From positions 284,456,001-284,520,000 of the forward strand of contig OZ024743.1 in the NCBI GenBank assembly GCA_964016885.1: a stretch of 64,000 bases of DNA. The letters are read 5' to 3'. The translations under genes and the position numbers were made by a program. This stretch comes from Eledone cirrhosa (taxonomy: Eukaryota). Of this stretch, positions 26,236 to 40,203 are shown piece by piece (the first letter of the stretch is position 1; each line of letters begins with the position of its first letter). The notes below the pieces were generated by a model that had not been told where the DNA came from, did not search any database, and worked only from the letters and a program-made list of their open reading frames with translations.

Positions 26236-26500
26236 CTTGGTTTAAATGAGATTATATATAAAAAAAAACACAACTATATGAATACGCATGTGCAGAAACA
26301 GTCAGTTCCTAAGGGAAAGGTAAACCCACGATAGATCAATGTAGGGAGATAACTATGGATGCTCAGAATAAATTATTCATGTTATTCAGAATATTATAGA
26401 TTGTTCATGTTAGTCAATCTGGAGCTTTGTAATTACGTAATAGGTGTTTCCAGACGTGTGGACAATGTGAAAAAACGTGGTGTATGTATGTATATATATA

Positions 26501-26531
<31 letters not shown>

Positions 26532-26580
26532 GTGTATGTATGTATATATATATGTGTGTGTGTGTATATATATATATATA

Positions 26581-26688
<108 letters not shown>

Positions 26689-26690
26689 TG

Positions 26691-26842
26691 CAGTGAAATT
26701 CCGTTATAACGAAATTCACGAGGTATAAAAAGAAATTGGATCTAACGAAAAATTCTTTATAACGAGATCGATAGAAACACATTGTGTGTTTGTTTGTTAT
26801 TAGCTCTGGGATTGAAAAAAATTTGTTATAATGGAATTTTAC

Positions 26843-26845
<3 letters not shown>
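26691..26845. mobile_element. pogo/Tigger-like MITE
   Basis: TIRs CAGTGAAATTCCGTTATAACGAAATT / AATTTGTTATAATGGAATTTTACCTG; flanked by TG (left) and TA (right). Confidence 0.7.
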
Positions 26846-26909
<64 letters not shown>

Positions 26910-27139
26910 AATATATATATATAGCAAATGTAAAACTAAATATACAAGGCTCAAAAGAAAGTAGAGAATTATATATGATAGTGTATATATATATATATAT
27001 ATATGTGTAGATAAATCTACCAAAATGTACGGTAGTGTCCAATCCATATGAAGAACTCAATGTAATCTGAATATCATGAAAAGAGAAGATGTATTCAAAA
27101 ATTTTTTTTAGATGAAAAATACAGGAAAACAGAGTCAAG

Positions 27140-27724
27140 ATAAATTAATAAAAATAATGAATAAAAACAAAGAAACAGTTCCTTATATTAAAAATTCATC
27201 ATTTTACGATCGTTTCTAGGATATATATGTGTGTGTTGGTATGTATATCATATAGCTCTATGTAAAATGTTTACAAACTATCAGAGGGAATATACATACC
27301 TACACATATATATGCTGTCTTCAGAAATAATGATATTTGTTTATTGAAAAAAACCAACAAAGATTTAATATAATAGGTCTGTTTGGGAACAGGTTTTGAA
27401 TTGACCAATAGAAAGGTAGTAAGTGGTCAAGATGGTAGAATAGTAGTAATAGAACTTTAATTTAAGGGTAGAGGAAAGCAGATTTCAGTTTTGAATGGAA
27501 AGAGTATGATGAATGAAAAGATTATTTTAGGAATGAAAATAGGTCAGGTCGGTAAAAGGTACACGAAAAATTGATGTTATAAAAGAATAATGCTAATGTA
27601 AATATCTAAGGAGAATAAAATTTTACCAACACAAACATATATCCTAGAAACGATCGTAAAATGATGAATTTTTTAATATAAGGAACTGTTTCTTTGTTTT
27701 TATTCATTATTTTTATTAATTTAT
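27140..27724. mobile_element. Fold-back pLTR-like element (~100-bp inverted arms 27140-27241 / 27624-27724)
   Basis: Near-perfect reverse-complement arms, both with GAAAC-GATC-GTA. Confidence 0.75.
27197..27332 (-). ncRNA. Type I hammerhead with canonical core, 8-bp stem I and ~100-nt stem II
   Basis: cattattt CTGAAGA [atatatatgtgt/acacatatatat; ggtatgtatat/atatacatacc] GAAAC gatc GTA aaatgatg. Confidence 0.75.
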
Positions 27725-27747
27725 ATATATTTTCTTGTCTCTCCAAA

Positions 27748-28183
27748 TTTCTTGGTCCATTTACATATCAGTATTTATATTAAACTTCTCGTTTAACTTC
27801 TCATAATTATGGTTGAATTTGTAGGACCTTTAGAAAAATAATCTTCTCGTTAACTTTCCCTCTGGAACCTTCCTTCTTTCCCCTATCTGTCTCCCTCATA
27901 CATTGTTTACATGCTTACATGTTCTCTCACCCCCTCCTTCTCTCTCTCTCCGCAATTATAAAATAAACCTGTCGTGAGTTATGAATTCAGGATTTGTCGA
28001 ATCCTTACTGCTGTTGAATTGTCGTTTTGAGAAATGTAATGTATTTCACTTCATTTTGTTGACTCTACAACTTTCTTGGTCCATTTACATATCAGTATTT
28101 ATATTAAACTTTTCGTTTAACTTCTCATAATTATGGTCGAAGCTGTAGGACCTTTAGAAAAATAATCTTCTCGTTGACTTTCC
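27748..28183 (+). repeat. ~110-bp dispersed direct repeat (27748-27859 and 28072-28183)
   Basis: tttcttggtccatttacatatcag...aataatcttctcgtt(a/g)actttccc occurs twice with few substitutions. Confidence 0.85.
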
Positions 28184-28399
28184 CATTTCCCTCCCCGCTC
28201 CCACACGCCACCATTACTATTTGGTTCAATCATAATTCAGCGGCTTATAATATGTTTCTTTTACCAATCTCTTTCACAAAACCACCGTCTCGACTATTAC
28301 TCCTTAAGTTTAGACCGGGTTGCTTTTCGATATGCTAGATGGACTACAGAATTTGGAGAGTCTGAAGAATTTGAACACTCAATGACTGTCAAAGATAAA

Positions 28400-31300
28400 T
28401 TCACCTCCTGTTGCCGGACGAGAATGCAAGGACTCCTCTTTATTTCAGACACGGATGGCTAACATAACCCCGTCTCCCTCACCCCTCCCTGCGCCTTCAA
28501 CCCATCCCTTCCACCCACACAACAAAATCCAAAACTTCAGAGTTGGTACCATGAATGTAGGCACTCAAATGAGGTTGTAGAGATGCTTGAACATAAGGAA
28601 GTTGATGTTTGTTGTGTTCAAGAGACTAGGTGGAGGGGTGGGTATGCTAGATTCATTGTGGGTAAAAAACGATGCTATAAACTTTTCTGGGTGGGAAATG
28701 ACAATGGGCTGGGTGGAGTAGGAATCATGTTAGCAGAAAAATGGGTAGATGAGGTAATTGCCATAAATAGAGTGAATGCCAGAATAATTAAAATAAGACA
28801 AGTCCTAAACAGAACTACTGTGATAATAATATCCGCTTATGCACCCCAATCTGGACTACCTGGCATTATAAAAGACAGATTCTATGAGTTGCTAATGCTC
28901 ACTACCTCCCAAATAACCGACAGTGACTACATACTTATTGCTGGCAACCTAAATGGTCACATTGGACAACACTGTGATGGCTATGACGGAATCCATGGAG
29001 GCTATGGGTTTGGTTCTAGAAATGAGGAGGGCTTAAGAATCCTGGAATTCTGTGACTAACAACCTAACTATCTGTAACACAAACTTCAAAAAACGAGACA
29101 ATCACTTGATCACCTATAGATCAGGGGAACGCGCCAGTCAAATAGATTATATCCTTACTAGAAGACGTGATAGAGTGTCTATTGTAAACACTAAATCCCT
29201 CCCCCATGAAGAATGCACCTACCAACATAGCCTCATAGTTAGGACTAGACGTACTCTACAACAGAGGAGGACTACCCTGAGGAGAAGAATATGGAAGTAA
29301 AAAAGGACCCCACAACCAGTAACAAATTTAAAAGCATATTACTTGATGCTTTTGACAGAAAGGAAGAGCAATTAGAGACGTACAATATAGAGGAACAGTG
29401 GAAATTCCTGAAAGGTAACCTGCTGAAGGCAACAGATGAAATCTGTGGCTGGAGCAGACCTATAGGCAGGAGGAGAGTAACTTGGTGGTGGAACAGTAAG
29501 GTGGAGGAGTCAATCAAGGCCAAAAAGCAGGCTTGGAAAGTATGGTGGGATGGGGGAAGTAGAGAACACTATCAAGTGGCTAGGAGAGAAGCTAGGAGAC
29601 AAGTGTAAGAGGAAAGAAAGTTCAAGCATGTTCTACAATGCGAGGACCAAAAACGTGAGGTGTTCAGGAATGCAAGACAATGTGTCAAGGAAAACCGTGA
29701 TATTGTCGGGGAGAAGTGTTTCCGTAATGATGATGGTGTACTTGCCATCACTGATGCTGATAAGAAGGTAGCTTGGAAGTGTCACTACGAGATACTACTA
29801 AGTAATGAGAATAAATGGGAAAAAGATAGTCTGCCCCAAATCGATCCAATAGAGGGACCAGTAGTGCAAGTTAAAGAGAGTATAATAAGTAAGGCAATCA
29901 ACGATATGAAGACAGGCAAGGCAGCTGGGCCTTCGAAGATAGTTGCTGAAATGCTGAAAGCATCTGGAATGGTGGGACACACTATGGTCACCCGGATAGT
30001 AAACAAAGTCATACAGAATGGGGTCATACCAAATGACTGGCGTAGCAGCATCATTAACTGCTACAGGGGTAAAGGAGATGCCCTAGATAGGGGAAACTAT
30101 AGAGGCATTAAATTAGTTGACCAGGTCATGAAGGTCACAGAAAGAGTTATAGCGCAGCTAATCAGAGAGCGAATTGATCTAGATGAAATGCAGTTTGGGT
30201 TTGTGTCAGGTAAAAGTACCACAGACGCTCTTTTCCTTGTACGACAATTACAGGAGAAGTACCTAGCTAAAGGTAGACCCTAGACTTACCTTTTGTTGAC
30301 TTGGAGAAAGCCATTGACAGAGTCCCCCGCTCCATTATCTGGTGGGCTCTTAGAAAACTAAGTATTGATAAAAGGCTTGTGAGAGCTATACAAGCCATGT
30401 ATAAGGAAACAGTCAGCAAGGTTAGAATTAATAATGAATATAGTGAAGAATTTAGTGTAAAAGTTGGTGTTCATCAGGGCTCTGTCCTTAGCCCCCTCCT
30501 ATTTATTATTGCCCTGCGAGCTATAACAGAGGAGTTCATGGGAACTTCTATACGCAGATGATCTAACTCATAGCTGAATCGATGGCTGAACTAGAGAAGA
30601 AATTCCAAACATGGAAGCATAGCCTAGAATCAAAAGGCCTTAAAGTTCTAGTCTGTAGAAAGGAAAATAGGGCACAGGTACCCTCTGGGAAATGGCCATG
30701 CTCAGTGTGTAGGAACGGAGTAGGCAGAAATTCCTTTTGATGTCCCAAATGCAAACATTGGGTACATAAAAGATGTAGTGGGATCAAAGGTAAGCTATCT
30801 AAGACCATAGATTTTATATGTGGCCGATGCTTAGGTGTATTAAGTAGCAAATGCCCACAGGATACTAGCTCCTTCTATTGCCCAGATGGCTCTATAGAAA
30901 TAGTGGACACCTTCCGTTACCTGGGTGAAAAAATCAGCAGTGGTGGAGGGTGCTCTGAAAGTACAGTAGCCAGAGTCAGAACGAGATGGAAAAAGTTCAG
31001 AGAGCTTATACCACTACTGGCCACTAAAGGTTTCTCTCTAAAAATGAAAGGCAGATTGTATGATGCCTGCATACAAATAGCAATGTTACATGGCAGTGAG
31101 ACATGGGCATTGTGTGCAGAGGATCTGTGCAGACTGGAGAGGAACGAAGCATGCATGCTCCGTTGGATGTGTAATAGTAATATACACGAACAGCAAAGCA
31201 TAAATGAACTAAGTGAGAAATTAGGAATAAGAGGGATCAGATGCTGTTTACTCAAGAGAAGACTACGTTGGTATGGTCGCGGATGAAAGACGACAGTTGT

Positions 31301-31880
31301 ATAAAAAGTGCAGGGCAATCAAAATTGATGGAAATTACGGAGTAGGTAGACCCAGAAAAACCTGAGATGATTTGATAAATTCCGACCTTACGCACTTACA
31401 CCTCTCTAAGACAATGTCACTGGACCGAGATCTTTGGTGCTACACAGTAATACAGAAGATCTGCCTTGCCTATGTACAAAGCGAAATCTACAGTCAGTAG
31501 GCACCTCTTAACCAAATACACACCCCATCCCACTACCCCTACTCCACCCCCACTCCCACCAACACCACCCTTTCTCTGTAAAGTTATGTTGGTACCACAA
31601 CATCCAGTCCAAAATAAATGAGGTCGTGTAGGTGTCACGACAAAAAAACACACAGTCCATGCTGTAATGTGGCCGTGTAGGTAATATGGTAAAAACCTCC
31701 CAGTCCACAGTGTAAATGTGATTGGTGTTAGGAAGGGCATCCAGCCGTAGAAAACCTGCTTGGCAGTCCTATACAAGCGAGACATGGTCACCCGACCAAT
31801 CTTGCCTCAAGTGGGACAATTTCCGTCTAAACCCATGCTAGCGTGGAAGATAGATGTTAAACGATGATGATGATGATGAT
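28400..31880 (+). mobile_element. Near full-length RTE LINE (APE-RT-PHD-like finger), disrupted
   Basis: RVGTMNVGT, CVQETRW, SAYAPQ, SQIDYIL, QFGF, HQGSVLSPLLF, ELLYADD, FRYLG, 3'UTR and (GAT)n; many stops and frameshifts; 5' boundary approximate. Confidence 0.95.
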
Positions 31881-31931
31881 ATATATATATATATATATGT
31901 ATTTATATATATGTATTTATATTTATATATA

Positions 31932-32253
31932 TCATCATCATTTTACGTCCGCTTTTCCCTGCTTGCAAGGGTGGGACAGGAACTGATTCTGGCTTGATTT
32001 CTACAGCTGGATGCCCTTCCTAACACCAACCTCATTTACAGTGAGTGCTGGGTGCTTTTTTGCCGTGGTACCTCCACGACCACTTTGCAGTGGAATGATA
32101 TGGACCCCAGTCCCTATCATCTCATTTGTAAACTGGAGCAATGTGAAATAAAGTGTCTTGCTCAAGGAAACACCACATCACCCGGTCTGAGAATTGAACT
32201 CACAACCTTTCGATTGCAAGGTCAATGCTCTAACCACTAAGCCATGTGCCTCC
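31932..32253 (-). mobile_element. SINE family 1 (tail type B)
   Basis: Reverse complement of the family 1 unit. Confidence 0.9.
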
Positions 32254-32379
32254 ATATATATATGTAATTGCCATGCTTTTTTCAGAATTACTTCACTGTG
32301 TTTATATATTATATTGCTTTGAAGAGAAAGAAGTTTTAAGGAGAAAGTTATGGAAATGCAGACATAAAAACAGAGCAAA

Positions 32380-32877
32380 TATAATCAAGTATATAGATGG
32401 AAAAATTATCTTTCAAATCATATTTAATTCCTTACACATGTTTCAAAGGAGTTGTACATCCAATTAATTGAAAATGTTACAAGACAATTCACATAATCAA
32501 TATCTATACATAAGCAATGATATATAGACATACATACATATGTGCATACGTATGTATGTATGTATATATAGGCAATGATATATAGGTAGATATGTGTACT
32601 TTCCCATCATCAGAGGAATAAAATATGTCCTAAATACAATTTGTACCTTAGACAGGACATAAAATCTTAAAAGACGATCCATTAGTATAGCACAGCACCA
32701 TACTGATGGGGAAGTACACATATCTACCTATATATCATTGCCTATGAATAAATATTGATTATGTGCATTGTCTCATAACATTTTTAAATAATTGGATGCA
32801 CAACTTCCTTGAAACATGTGTAAGGAATTAAATATGATGTAAAAGATAATTTTTCCATCTTTATACATAATTATATA
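32380..32877. mobile_element. Fold-back pLTR-like element (arms ~32380-32610 / 32704-32877, diverged)
   Basis: Reverse-complement arms; left arm interrupted by a (TATG)n tract with a short duplication (gcaatgatatatag). Confidence 0.75.
32427..32619 (-). ncRNA. Type I hammerhead with canonical core and ~160-nt stem II region
   Basis: attcct CTGATGA ... GAAAC atgt GTA aggaat (perfect 6-bp stem I). Confidence 0.65.
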
Positions 32878-32971
32878 TATATATGTAAAAGGCAAACAGA
32901 AATAACAACACAATCGGTACAGTATATAGAAGGAATATATTAGGTTAACGCTTGAAATAGCAGGAAGATAG

Positions 32972-33007
32972 TCTTAACGTTTCGGACACTAGTCCTTCAT
33001 CAGAAGA
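32972..33007 (-). ncRNA. Classic minimal Penelope-type hammerhead
   Basis: tctt CTGATGA a-ggac-tagt-gtcc GAAAC GTT aaga; stem III reduced to the palindrome AACGTT. Confidence 0.8.
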
Positions 33008-33334
33008 AAGAATGAGAAATAAGATAGATTGAAGGGACGAGCGGGTTGGAATTGAAAAAAATATCTTTAGATAGAAATAAAAGGTCCATTCATGTTGATA
33101 TCTCTTGGAAAACTGTTGATGCTGGCGTTTTGTGTATGATTTATTTTTTTATATGTTCAATGTACGCAGCTGGCGCCTTCTACATTGCTACATGCAATTT
33201 CACATTATACAGACATAGCCAAAGTAAATGTAAATAACATGAAACTCCATGTAAGAGGAATACAAAGGGCACCAAATGCATGCATAAAATAATTATACTC
33301 TACAAATCATACTGTGTATGTAGTTTCTGTTACG

Positions 33335-33670
33335 TAGGTGACCTAATAGTGGAGAGGGCTGCTTTGAAAGCATAGTAGCTAGAATAAAAACAAGCTATAA
33401 AAAAGTTTAGGTAGTTATTACCTTTGTTGACAACAGGGATTTTCTCTGAAAGCAAAGGACAGATTGTATAATGTTTGCTAGAGAAGTGTGATGTTGCATA
33501 GCAGTGAGACATAGCCTGTAAATGCAGAGGATATCTGATGGCTGGACAGAAATTAAGTGAGCATGTCCCATTGGATGTGTAATGTTAATGTACATGAATG
33601 AAAGAGCATAGATGAAGTGAGAGAAAAGCTGGCTGGTGGTAGGAAAGACATCCAACTGTAGAAAACTTGC
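33335..33670 (+). mobile_element. Old degraded RTE fragment
   Basis: Similar to the YLGD..GG..VARI..GFSLK.KGRL..HSSET segment and ending in GGAAAGACATCCAACTGTAGAAA. Confidence 0.7.
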
Positions 33671-34059
33671 CCCCAAAAGAGTCAAGAGGACTCTTTAGTC
33701 ATGTCAAAGACATAACAACTTCCCTAGTGCTGGTGCTATGATAATATGCACCCAGTATGCTTTGTAGAATGCAGAAATGTATGGGAGATGCAACCCCTGA
33801 ATTTCTTAACCACATGATCAGACACACCTCCCAACACATATCATTATCATCATAGGTCTGTCTTTCCATGCCAGCATGGATTTCATACGTTATTACTCAA
33901 TCAGTTACTATTCTCCAAGACTGTCACCATATCTTGCTTACATACATTGCAGTTTTGGCATGGTTTCCACAGCTTGATGCCCTTTCTAATGCTAATCAAT
34001 ACATTTTATCCCAGAACTATATGTGTGTATGTATGTATTTGTGTGCCTTGTATACATAT

Positions 34060-34137
34060 TATATCTATAAATATATATATCTATATATATATCTATAAAT
34101 ATATATATCTATATATATATCTATAAATATATATATC

Positions 34138-34215
<78 letters not shown>

Positions 34216-34298
34216 AATATATATATCTATAAATATATATATCTATAAATATATATATCTATAAATATATATATATATAAATATATATATATATAAAT

Positions 34299-34379
<81 letters not shown>

Positions 34380-34848
34380 TCTATATCTATAAATATATAT
34401 ATCTATAAATATATCTATATATCTATAAATATATATATATCTATAAATATATATATATATATATATATAAATATATATATCTATAAATATATATATCTAT
34501 AAATATATATATATCTATAAATATATATATATATAAATATATATATCTATAGATATATATATATATATATATCTATAAATATATATATCTATAAATATAT
34601 ATCTATATATATATCTATAAATATATATATCTATAAATATATATATGTATATATATATATATATCTATAAATATCTATATCTATAAATATCTATATCTAT
34701 ATCTATAAATATATATATATATATCTATAAATATATATATCTATATATATATCTATAAATATATATATCTATATATATATCTATAAATATATATATCTAT
34801 AAATATATATATATATATATAAATATATATATATCAATATATATATAT
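34060..34848. repeat. (TA)n array with TCTATAAA variant units; resumes at 35190-35340
   Basis: Direct reading. Confidence 0.97.
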
Positions 34849-35190
34849 CAAGATAAGCAGAACAAGTAAAATTCAACCAATTTTTCAAAATAAATCAAAA
34901 TTAATATACAATTAAAATTAATCAAAATTAAAAAATATAAATATTTACCTATTCAAATGGCCATTTGAATAGGTAAATATTTATATTATATTTTTTAATT
35001 TTGATTAAGTTTAATTGTATATTAATTTTGATTTATTTTGAAAAATTGGTTGAATTTTACTTGTTCTGCTTATCTTGATATTAAGTTCTGGTATATCAAA
35101 TTATTACCATAGAACCACCTTAAATCATAGACACACTATATATTTCCGGGGGTACATTGTACCCTCAGATATATATTAACCTTATTAAAT
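34845..35190. mobile_element. Spacer-less palindrome (~115-bp arms, centre 34960/34961) plus ~110-bp tail, inserted in a microsatellite
   Basis: ...cctattcaaatgg|ccatttgaatagg...; outer ends tatcaagataagcagaacaag / cttgttctgcttatcttgata. Confidence 0.8.
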
Positions 35191-35340
35191 ATATATATAT
35201 ATATATATATATCTATAAATATATATATCTATAAATATATATATATATATATCTATAAATATCTATATATATATATATATCTATAAATATATATATCTAT
35301 AAATATATATATATATATCTATAAATATCTATATATATAT

Positions 35341-38300
35341 CATCATCATCATCATCAGGTTTAGCGTCCGTGTTCCACGCTTGCATGGGTTTGGACGGGG
35401 GTTTTCCCACTTGAGGAAAGAGTGGTTGTCTTGCTCGCATAGGACTGTCTGGCGGGTTTTCTACAGTTGGATGCCCTTCCTAACACCAACCACATTTACA
35501 GTGTGGGGCTGGGAGGTTTTTACCGTGTTGCCTACACGGCCACATTACAGCGTGGACTGTCTGGCGGGTTTTCTACAGCTGGATGCCCTTCCTAACACCA
35601 ACCACATTTACAGTGTGGGGCTGGGAGGTTTTTACCGTGTTGCCTACACGGCCACATTTACAGCGTGGACTGTGTGTTTTTTGTCGTGACACCTACACGA
35701 TCTCATTTGTTTCGGCCTGCATGTTGTGGGACCAACATAACTTTACATTGAAAGGGGCGGTGTGGGTGGGGTGGAGGTGGTGGGACGGGGGTGTGGTTTG
35801 ATAGAGATGCCTACTGACTGTAGTAGGTTTTTACTTTGTATTTAGGTAAGGCGGGTCTTCTCAACATAACTTTACATAGAACGGGGTGGTGTGGATGGGG
35901 TGGGGGTGGTGGGGGTGGGACGGGGACGGGGGTGTATTTTGTTAGAGATGCCTACTGACTGTAGTAGGTTTTACTTTGTATTTAGGTAAGGCGGGTCTTC
36001 TCTATTATTGAGTACCGCCAAAGGTCTCGGTCCAGTGACATTGTCTTGTTGAGGTGTAAGTGTGTGAGGTCGGAATTTATCAGCTCGTCCCAGGTTTTTC
36101 TGGGTCTGCCTATTCCGTGGCTACCGTCTATCTTTATTGCCCTGCACTTTGTTATACAGCTATCGTCCTTCATGCGCATCACGTGACCATACCAACATAG
36201 CCTTCTCTCGAGTAAACAACATCTGATCCCTCTTATTTCTAATTTTTTTCTTAGTTCGTTTATGCTTTGCCGTTCACGTATATCACTATTACACATCCAG
36301 CGGAGCAAGCAAGCTTCGTTTCTCTCTAGTCTGCGTATATCCTGTGCACACAATGCCCAGGTATCACTGCCATGCAACATTGCTGTTCGTATGCAGGCAT
36401 TGTACAACCTGCCTTTCATTTTTAGGGAGAACCCTTTAGCGGCTAATAGTGGTATAAGCTCTCTGAACTTTTTCCATCCAGTTCTGACTCTAGCTACTGT
36501 ACTTTCAGAGCACCCTCCCCCACTGCTGATTTTGTCACCCAGGTAACGGAAGCTGTCCACTATTTCTATAGAACCCTATGTGCAGTTGAAAGAGCTAGTA
36601 TTTTGTGGGCACTTGCTGCTACTTATTGCACCAGAGCACCGGCCACATATAAAATCTATATTCTTAGTTAGCTTACCTGTGATCCCACTACATCTTTTAT
36701 GCACCCATACTTTGCATTTAGGACACAAAATGGAGTTTCTACCTACGCCTTTCCTACACACTGAGCATGGTCACTTCCCGGAAAGGACAGCGCCTTATTT
36801 TCTTTCCTACAAACTAGAACTTTAGTCTTAGCCAGGTTAATTTTAAGGCCTTTTGATTCTAGGCCGTGCTTTCATGTTTGGAATTTCTTCTCTAGCTTGG
36901 CCATTGATTCAGCTATGAGTGTTAGGTCATCTGCGTATAGGAGTTCCCATGGGCAACCGGTCTTGAACTCCTCTGTTATAGCCTGAAGGGCAATAATAAA
37001 TAGTAGGGGGTTGAGAACAGAGCCCTGATGGACGCCAACTTTTACTCTAAACTCTTCACTATATTCGTTGTTAATTCTAACCTTGCTGACTGTTTCTTTA
37101 TACATGGCCTGTATAGCTCTCACAAGCCATTCGTCAACACCTAGTTTTCTAAGAGCCCACCAGATAATGGAACGGGGGACTCTGTCAAAGGCTTTCTCCA
37201 AGTCGACAAAAGCTAAGTATAGGGGTTTACTTTTAGCTAGGTACTTCTCCTGTAGTTGTCGTACAATGAAAAGAGCGTCTGTGGTACTTTTGCCTGACAC
37301 AAACCCGAACTGCATTTCATCTAGATCAATTCTCTCTCTGATTAGTTGCGCTATTACTTTTTCCGTGACCTTCATGACCTGGTCGATTAATTTAATGCCT
37401 CTATAGTTACTCCTATCTAGGGCATCTCCCTTACCCTTATAACAGTTAACGATGATGCTGCTATGCCAGTCCTTCGGAACAACCCCATTCTGTACGACTT
37501 GGTTAACTATCCGGGTGACCATAGTGTGTCCCACCGTACCAGATGCCTTCAGCATCTCGGCAACTATTTCCGAAGGCCCAGCCGCCTTACCCGTCTTGAT
37601 ATCTTTGAATGCCTTACTTATTATACTACCCTCGACTAACACTGCTGGTCCCTCTATTGGGTCGATGTGGGGGAGATTGTCTTTCTCCCATTTATTCTCC
37701 TCATTTAGTAGCCTTTCATAGTGACACTTCTAAGCTACCTTCTTATCAGCGTCGCTGATGGCAAGTACGCTGTCATCATTAAGTACACACTTCCCCCCGA
37801 CAATATCACGGTTTTCCTTGACACATTGCCTAGCAATCCTCAACACCTCACGTTTTTGGTCCTCGCGTTGTAGAACATGCTTGAACTTTCTTTCCTCTGC
37901 TTCCCTTCATGCGAAGTACACTTGTCTCCTAGCTTCCCTCCTGGCCACTTGATAGTCTTCTCTGCTACCCCTATCCCGCCATACTTTCCAAGCCTGCTTT
38001 TTGGCCTTAATTGACCCCTCCACCTTACTGTTCCACCACCATGTTACTCTCCTCCTGCCTACAGTCCTGCTCCAGCCACAGACTTCGTCTGCCGCCATCA
38101 GCAGGTTTGCTTTCAGGAATTCCCACTGCTCCTCTATATTGTACGACTCTAATTGCTCTTCCTTACTGTCGAAAGCATCAAGTAGTATACTTTTGAATTT
38201 ATTTCTGGCTGTGGGGTCCTTTAGCTTCCATATTTTTCTCCTGAGGATAGTCCTCTTCTGTTGTCTAGTACGTCTCGTCCTGACTATTAGGTCGCTAATT

Positions 38301-38748
38301 ATCAGTCTATGTTGGGAGGTGCGTTCTTCATGGGGGAGGGATTTAGTGTTTATAACAGACACTGTGTCACGTCTTCTGGTAAGGATATAATCTACCTGGC
38401 TTGTATGTTCCCCCGATTTATAGGTGATCAGGTAATTGTCAAGTTTTATGAAGTTAGTGTTACAGATAGTTAGGTTATTTGGTCACAGAATTCCAGGATT
38501 CTGGAGCCTTCCTCATTTCTAGTACCAAACCCATAGCCTCCATGGATTTCGTCGTAGCCGTCACAATGTTGTCCAACGTGACCATTTAGGTCGCCTGCAA
38601 TAATTATATAGTCACTGTCGGTTATTTGGGAGGTAGTGAGCATCAGTGTCTCATAGAATCTGTCTTTTATAGTGCCGGGCAGTCCGGATTGGGGTGCGTA
38701 CGCAGATAATACTGTCAACGTAGTTCTATTGAGGACAAGTCTTATTTT
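35341..38748 (-). mobile_element. RTE LINE subfamily B, 5'-truncated within APE, with 3'UTR internal duplications
   Basis: SAYAPQ, GDLNGHVG, FVDLEKAFDRV, HQGS, LLYADD, FRYLG, GRPRKTW; (ATC)n at 35341; frameshifts. Confidence 0.95.
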
Positions 38749-40201
<1,453 letters not shown>

Positions 40202-40203
40202 TT

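Noticed and set aside
37068-38390. Plus-strand ORFs overlapping the RTE
   Set aside because: Antisense shadows of the RTE coding frame
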